A program made the translations under genes and the position numbers. This document shows, in pieces, positions 49,094 to 55,611 of a stretch of DNA of 55,611 bases (position 1 is its first letter; each line of letters begins with the position of its first letter). Source of the stretch: Reclinomonas americana ATCC 50394 (Eukaryota). Under the pieces are notes generated by a model, which was given only the letters and a program-made list of their open reading frames with translations, was not told where the DNA came from and searched no databases. The DNA lies in contig PS015453.1 of the NCBI GenBank assembly GCA_048213135.1, positions 104,983-160,593 on the forward strand, in the 5' to 3' direction.

Positions 49094-52000
49094 TGCATCG
49101 ATCAACGCCGCGAACTGCCAACGGTACCCCGCGCGCCAGCAGCGCAGGGCGCAACCGGCCCTCGGCAGTGGGCACACCACCACCTCCCTCATCGGCAGTC
49201 ATGCCAGCAGCTGCACGAGGTTTGTGTATCAGAGGGAGGGGTGTTTCGATTCGCGAGTCGCCGCTGACGGACACGATGGTGATGGTGGTGTAGGTGGCAG
49301 CCGACCGGGCAGTGGTGTGACCGACTGGGAGGGCATGTATCACAGCATGGCACAGAAGAACCGTGAGATGCAGGAGCATTTGGATCAGCAAGACGAGAAC
49401 ATTCGAACGTTGCGTCTCTCGCAGTCTCTCCTTCGGTCTCTCGCGCAGTCTCTTACCCGATGCGCAGCATGCACTACAAGCTGACAAAGCTGGCCGAGGA
49501 TTACAAAAAGTATCGTGCCACGCACCAGCAGGGAGTTGGAGGTCCCAATGCCGATGGTGAGATCGATCGACAGGCCTCTGCGTCCCCGTCTTTGCTCACA
49601 CGCACCTCACTCTCCTGTGATCAGCGCCGAGGCATCAAGATCACGAAGTGGAGGCATTCATCGACCAGCTGAATGCGGAGAACCGCGCACTGAGGAAGCA
49701 GGTGCAGGATCTGGAGAAACGGGTGCGCTTGTATCGCGATCATGTCTCATGTCGACGATCGTGTCAGCTGATGGTGCGCAAACGCACACTAGGTTTCCAG
49801 CGTACCACAGCAACACAAGGTGATCACGCGACGTGCCACGTCGCGCGAACCGCCAGGATCGTACCGCTCGAATGCGAATGACGATCCGGATTTTGATCGC
49901 AGCGAGTACGACGGTGCATCGTCGGATGAGCTGCTGGAGCAGTGCGTTGACGCGGTTTCTGTCGCATCGCCGGATCGCCTGGTCTGATTGTTGTTCGTGT
50001 GCGCAGACTACGAGCGGCGCACTTGTCGTCGAACCGGCGCGATGTGCTGGTCGAGCTGCTGCGACACAACATTGCGTTGTTGCAGTCGCACAGTGCGGAG
50101 CAGCAGCGCGAAATCAACGCGCTTGCCCGCGATCTGCAGGGCGGTCGCCAGTTGCGTGAACGCATCAGCGCGTGCTTTTGGTCGCATAGAGGCATCTCAC
50201 TCGTGTGTGTGTGCGCGCGCGCAGACGGCCACAAGATGACGAGGTCTCTNNNNNNNNNNNNNNNNNNNNNNNNNNNNNNNNNNNNNNNNNNNNNNNNNNN
50301 NNNNNNNNNNNNNNNNNNNNNNNNNNNNNNNNNNNNNNNNNNNNNNNNNNNNNNNNNNNNNNNNNNNNNNNNNNNNNNNNNNNNNNNNNNNNNNNNNNNN
50401 NNNNNNNNNNNNNNNNNNNNNNNNNNNNNNNNNNNNNNNNNNNNNNNNNNNNNNNNNNNNNNNNNNNNNNNNNNNNNNNNNNNNNNNNNATTCGCGGAGC
50501 CCGCACAGAAAGACGGTCTGCCGCCCCGCGCGCCAGCTCCTGCTCCAGCACCGGCACCGGCACCGGCACGAGCACCAGCGCCAGCCCCAGTGGTCCGTCC
50601 GGCTGTCGAAGCGGCAAGGCCACCTCCTATCGAGGCAGCGAGGCCGCCCGCGATCGAGCCCGTCCGCGCCGCCGCCGCCGCCAAGCCGCCGCCACCACGG
50701 GATTTGGAGCAGGCGACACCGCCTCCTATCGAGGCAGCGAGGCCGCCCGCGATCGAGCCCATCCGCGCCGCCGCCGCCGCCAAGCCGTCACCGCCGCAAG
50801 ATTTGGAGCAGGCGACGCCACCACCACCAGCCGCCATGCCGAAACGGGGCAATGCCTCTGCTTCGGGTCCATCGCCGGTGGCCATTGGAAGAGCGCGTGC
50901 TGCTGCCGCTGCCGATGTCGTCGAAGATCACGTGGCGGCAGCGCCTTCAGCCCAGCACGGAACCGGCGCGCAAGAAGACGAGGAGGAGATCATGCATCCG
51001 GGAAGTGGACGTGGCGCAGCTGCCGAACAATCAGCACCAATTCGACCAACCGCGGCCACAGAAGTGCCTGTACCGCAACCACCGCCAGTGAGTCAGACAG
51101 CGGGCAAGCCGCTGGCGCCTCTGTCGGNNNNNNNNNNNNNNNNNNNNNNNNNNNNNNNNNNNNNNNNNNNNNNNNNNNNNNNNNNNNNNNNNNNNNNNNN
51201 NNNNNNNNNNNNNNNNNNNNNNNNNNNNNNNNNNNNNNNNNNNNNNNNNNNNNNNNNNNNNNNNNNNNNNNNNNNNNNNNNNNNNNNNNNNNNNNNNNNN
51301 NNNNNNNNNNNNNNNNNNNNNNNNNNNNNNNNNNNNNNNNNNNNNNNNNNNNNNNNNNNNNNNNNNNNNNNNNNNNNNNNNNNNNNNNNNNNNNNNNNNN
51401 NNNNNNNNNNNNNNNNNNNNNNNNNGACGGAGAGAAGGCAAAAGGAAGCTGCGGAAGCCGAGCGGAAGCAGAAAGAGGCTGCGGAAGCCGAGAGGAGACG
51501 CAAGGAGATGACGACTGTGCCGCCGCTCAACCGCCCTGTTGGCACGGCGCCAGCAGTGTTGGCCGACTCGATACGACCGCTGGCATCGCATGCGGAGTCG
51601 AAACAGACGGACGGAGCGGCCGCGAGTAAGAAAGAGGAGCCACGATCTGCTGCCGCAGTTCCACCACTGGCGACACGCTCCAGCGCGAGCGACGTTGCAC
51701 CCAAGGCACCACCGCCACCACCGAAGCGAGTGCAAGAGGAGAGTGACGAGGAGATCCTCGAAGACTTTGGACTCTCGGACGACGAGACCGAAGTCGGTGC
51801 GTCACTCATTGATGTTGTTGCTGTCTTGTGTGATGTGTGCACGTGACTGATTGTGTGTCTGACTGGTGCAGGAAATACGCTCCGTGCGGCAGACGATGCC
51901 AAGCTGAATCTGGCGGCGAGCATTGAGACCAAGAAGGCCATTGTGCAGAATGTGCCAGAGGAGACTCTGTCGGCGCGCAATCGACGATGTTGCGTCACAC

Positions 52001-52968
52001 TCGTCTCTTGTACAAATTGTGGGTGTACCACCATCTCATGTTGTGCGTGTGCAGACGAAAACGTGCAGTCGTCGGCATCAGGGCCACTCAAGTTGCCGCT
52101 TGCTCCTCTGTTTGGTCGCAAGCAGGTACCGGGCGATGTCGAGCGCTCGTCGCCGCCAAACTCGGCTGGCGGTGGCAGTGGTTCACGCGGTCGGTTGAAG
52201 CGTTCCCCTCAAGGCGCCAACGCCAAGACCGAGGTCGTGGAACTGGACGACGACGATGACGACGATGGCCGTCATCACCAGCAGCCGCGTGAGGCACCAA
52301 AGCCGCCGGCTGCGGCTGCGTCCAAACCGCCGACCGGTGACAGCGGCAGTGGATTCTTCCAGCGCAAAACCGCTCCTGGAGTCGGTGGCGACGACGATGC
52401 ACCGGCACCTTCACCATCCGGACGGCGCGTGCGCAGTGGAGCTGGAGCAGCAGCAGCACCAGCGGCCAGTAAGACCGGTGTGCACGATGTGGACGCCGAT
52501 GATGAAGTCGCTGCGCCGCCAAAGCGCCCAACACCGCCAGCTCCGTCGGCCTCCAAGATGGCTGCGCTGAAGCTGGACGACGACGATGACGACGACGATG
52601 ACGAAGCTCTCGGCCGCCGACCCAACAAGCTGGCCGGCATGCAGCTGCCGACGAGTCTGCCACGCGGCACCAACGGCGACGACGACGACGATGACGACGC
52701 CACACCGTCGCCCATTGGTCGACCAGGCCGGCATCCACCCAACACCCTGCGCGCGCGTCCAGTGTCCGCAGTACGCCGACCAGGCGCACCGCAACCACAG
52801 CCGCCACCAGAACCTCCCAAGCCAGCCGCCGCCGCAGGCAAAACCGGCGGAGCGGCCTCGCGACTCGCCCTCGACGACGACGACGACGAAGACGATGAGA
52901 GTTTCGACAAGTTCCTCGACGGCGACGACGACGCCTCGTCCATGGCCTTCAGCGACGATCAGTTCTGA
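49094..52968 (+). CDS. Coiled-coil protein with an RPGRIP1/RPGRIP1L-like N-terminus and a long Pro/Ala/Asp-rich low-complexity remainder (two N gaps)
   Basis: Spliced N-terminus DWEGMYHSMAQKNREMQEHLDQQDENIRTMHYKLTKLAEDYKKY...DHEVEAFIDQLNAENRALRKQVQDLEKRV. Later exons are low complexity and end FSDDQF*. Confidence 0.6.
50620..50817 (+). repeat. 99-nt (33-aa) near-perfect coding tandem duplication
   Basis: PPPIEAARPPAIEP(V/I)RAAAAAKP(P/S)PP(R/Q)DLEQAT x2, with units starting at 50620 and 50719. Confidence 0.9.
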
Positions 52969-53007
52969 GACAGAGAGAGCAAATGAACGTAATCATCACA
53001 TAGTACA

Positions 53008-53446
53008 TTAATGGCCTCCACCACCGCCGCCCAGGCTCATTGAATGCCGCTCGGGTGGCGCATGCGCAGCGGCGTCGGATGACAGCGCTTGTCGCACAGC
53101 CGCCGCGATCTTGGCGTTCTTGTGTTGTGAGGCCTCCACTGTGCGCGCGTGTCTTGTGAGACACACTCAATGTGAGAGAGAGAACAGAGAAGAGAAAGAC
53201 GCACTGTTGGCCACACTGGGTCGCGCACGGAAGGTCTCCGCCGCGCGTGCTCGTCTCACCGACGCCACCCTAACAAGCGAGAGTGAGTGAGTGTGCAGGG
53301 ATGTGAGAGGATGTGTGTGACAGACAGACGCACTGGCGAATGGTTGCTCGCCGCTTCTCCACTTGCTTCTGCGACACCACCCAACACGCATGTCGGTAGA
53401 TCGGGTCGTAGTCGTCGTCGTCGCCTGCTGCTGCTGCCGCCGACAT
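53008..53446 (-). CDS. Small (~100 aa) 3-exon hypothetical protein divergent from DCN1
   Basis: MSAAAAAGDDDDYDPIYRHACWVVSQKQVEKRRATIRQ|VASVRRARAAETFRARPSVAN|MEASQHKNAKIAAAVRQALSSD...GGGGGH*. Two GTGCGT...AG introns with pyrimidine-rich tracts. Confidence 0.45.
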
Positions 53447-53513
53447 TTGTGTGTGTGTGTGTAAAAGAGAGAGTGACGTGACAGGAGGCCACAGGACAAC
53501 AAATCGCAACACA

Positions 53514-55055
53514 ATGAGCGCGCGTGGGAGCAGCGCGGCGGCGGCTGGCGGCAAGATGACTGCGGCGCAGCGCAAGGCATTGAATGATGTGCAGAGCGTC
53601 ACTGGCCAGACGTTGCGTGCCTCTGTGTGTGTGCGCGTGTGTGTGTGTTTGGAAATTGCGACTCGCCCTCGCTCACTCACTCGCCTGCTGCAGTGAGCGT
53701 GTGGCATTGGATGTGCTACAAAAGTGCAACTGGCGTGTCGACGAGGCCGTCGACTACTACTTCACCAACAGCCACAAGTTGAGCCAGAAAAAACGCACAC
53801 ACTCTAGTCAATCATGTGCGCACTCGTGCCTCACAGTTGTCGCTCTCCCGTGTGAAGGTACCCAGCGGCGCGGCCCTCCATTAATGCGGCACAACTAGAG
53901 GGCATGTTTGAAAAGTACAAGGGTGAGCTGGATGCTTGCTTGTGCAACCCCCCCCCCCCCAGTGTGGTGACATGCATGCAATGCAGCGGCGAGTGGCGGC
54001 GGCTACGAGGATGCAGTGCATGACTCGGGCATTTTGACGTTTGCCGAAGATCTGGGCATTGCACCGGAGGACATTGAGATGCTGGTGATGGGATTCCTGC
54101 TCAAGCAGAAGGACGGCATTGGTGTGTTTTGTGTTTGAGCATGTGCTGATCATCTCTCTGTCTCACTGTCTCATCTACGTGCGTGCGTGCNNNNNNNNNN
54201 NNNNNNNNNNNNNNNNNNNNNNNNNNNNNNNNNNNNNNNNNNNNNNNNNNNNNNNNNNNNNNNNNNNNNNNNNNNNNNNNNNNNNNNNNNNNNNNNNNNN
54301 NNNNNNNNNNNNNNNNNNNNNNNNNNNNNNNNNNNNNNNNNNNNNNNNNNNNNNNNNNNNNNNNNNNNNNNNNNNNNNNNNNNNNNNNNNNNNNNNNNNN
54401 NNNNNNNNNNNNNNNNNNNNNNNNNNNNNNNNNNNNNNNNNNNNNNNNNNNNNNNNNNNNNNNNNNNNNNNNNNNNNNNNNNNNNNNNNNNNNNNNNNNN
54501 NNNNNNNNNNNNNNNNNNNNNNNNNNNNNNNNNNNNNNNNNNNNNNNNNNNNNNNNNNNNNAGCCATCTCGCGCAGTGAGTGGATGGAGGGCTGGACGCG
54601 TCTCAATTGTGACACGTTGGACAGCATGAAGCAGGCGATTGGACGCGCCAAGACGCAGATTGACGCGTCGGCGGACAAGTTCAAGGAATTCTACGTCTAC
54701 GCCTTCTTCTACAGCAAAGAGGCGGTGGACTCGGTCAACACTCTGCGTTGCGTCGGCATTCCGGTGCCCAAAGTTTTTCGATTGCTTCCCTCGTCCTCAT
54801 TTCCACGCAGCTGTTGACATTGCGTGCGCCGTGTGGGAACTGGTACTGGCCGGCCGGTACAAGTACCTGGGCGACTGGGTCAACTACATCCAGACGGTGT
54901 ACAAGAGGGCCATCACGCGCGATACGTGGACCGAGCTCCTCAACTTCATCACCTCCATCAATGACGACTTCTCCAACTACGACCCGAACTCGGCGTGGCC
55001 GACGACGATCGACGAGTTTGTGGAGTACATGCAGAGCAAGGCTGGCCGCAAGTAA
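53514..55055 (+). CDS. DCN1: DCN1-like NEDD8 E3 ligase (UBA-like plus PONY/cullin-binding domain), with N gap
   Basis: ERVALDVLQKCNWRVDEAVDYYF, QLEGMFEKYK, ILTFAEDLGIAPED, ISRSEWMEGW, FKEFYVYAFFY, LPVDIACAVWELVL, AITRDTWTELLNF, FSNYDPNSAWPTTIDEFVEY. Confidence 0.93.
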
Positions 55056-55161
55056 AATGTACTTGCCACCACCCAACAATGCACTGTGCGAGTTATGTCT
55101 TCTCTTCTTTTTTTCATTCTCCCACCCCCCACGGCCAGCACATTGGCTTGTGGTGAGTTCG

Positions 55162-55611
55162 TTAGTCATCCGACGGAGCCGCCGCCAGCGCCAGCAGCGC
55201 AAACTCCTGCTCATCCGGCCTCTTCTCCAGGTACTCGGTGCGCACCACCGCCGCCGCGCGGTTCAGCACCTCGTCCTCGGCGCACTCGCCGTGATCGACC
55301 GGCGCCTCGCGCATGCCATCCAGCTCCCACAGATGCGCCTCGCCCTCGCCACTCGCCGGCGCCGCGCGCACAAAGCACACAAAGTGGTAGGCCACCTGAT
55401 CGTCGGCACACACCTCCGTCTGCCCAATCGCCACCGTGTCGTCGTGCGCCGCATGCAGCGCCTCATCGGCGGCCAACAGCGCGCCCAACTCCGTCGGCGA
55501 CCGCACCTCATGCGTGCGCTCCAGGAACGCTCCCAGTGGCGACGCACCACCCGTGAGACTGGCGGCGAGCGGCGCCGCATTGGCCACCGCATGCAGCAGC
55601 GCAATGGTGCC
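55162..55611 (-). CDS. UCHL3: Ubiquitin C-terminal hydrolase, peptidase C12 (UCH-L3/Yuh1-like), partial (5' part outside the window)
   Basis: GTIALLHAVAN, YHFVCFV (catalytic His), LWELDGMREAPVDHG (catalytic Asp) and FALLALA. Confidence 0.9.
   Translation of the reverse strand, partial: GTIALLHAVANAAPLAASLTGGASPLGAFLERTHEVRSPTELGALLAADEALHAAHDDTVAIGQTEVCADDQVAYHFVCFVRAAPASGEGEAHLWELDGMREAPVDHGECAEDEVLNRAAAVVRTEYLEKRPDEQEFALLALAAAPSDD

Overview
Gene-dense, GC-rich genomic scaffold with N gaps from an intron-rich unicellular eukaryote (taxon not determinable from sequence). About 20 multi-exon genes are separated by very short spacers (often 60-220 nt) and interrupted by roughly 150 mostly 55-90 nt GT-AG introns rich in (GT)n/(CT)n. 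Recognisable genes: cathepsin Z/X, V-ATPase subunit D, a giant CPH-SPRY-HECT E3 ligase, a sodium:solute symporter, two Sec1/Munc18 paralogues, a WD40 protein, a bacterial-like nitrilase-superfamily amidase, threonine synthase, a TLC-domain protein, DCN1 and a UCH-L deubiquitinase, plus several hypothetical proteins. The main unexplained signal is in the splice sites. Alongside ordinary donors (G|GTGCGT, G|GTGAGT, G|GTACGT, G|GTTCGT) there is an abundant second class with the same motif shifted one base by an extra T (|GTTGCGT, |GTTGAGT, |GTTACGT, |GTTTCGT, |GTTAAGT). I counted 31 such donors by hand, and 27 follow an exon that does not end in G. The class switches together with the exon's last base between the two Sec1 paralogues, suggesting a systematic shifted-register 5' splice-site code. 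All gene models are manual and lack transcript support.
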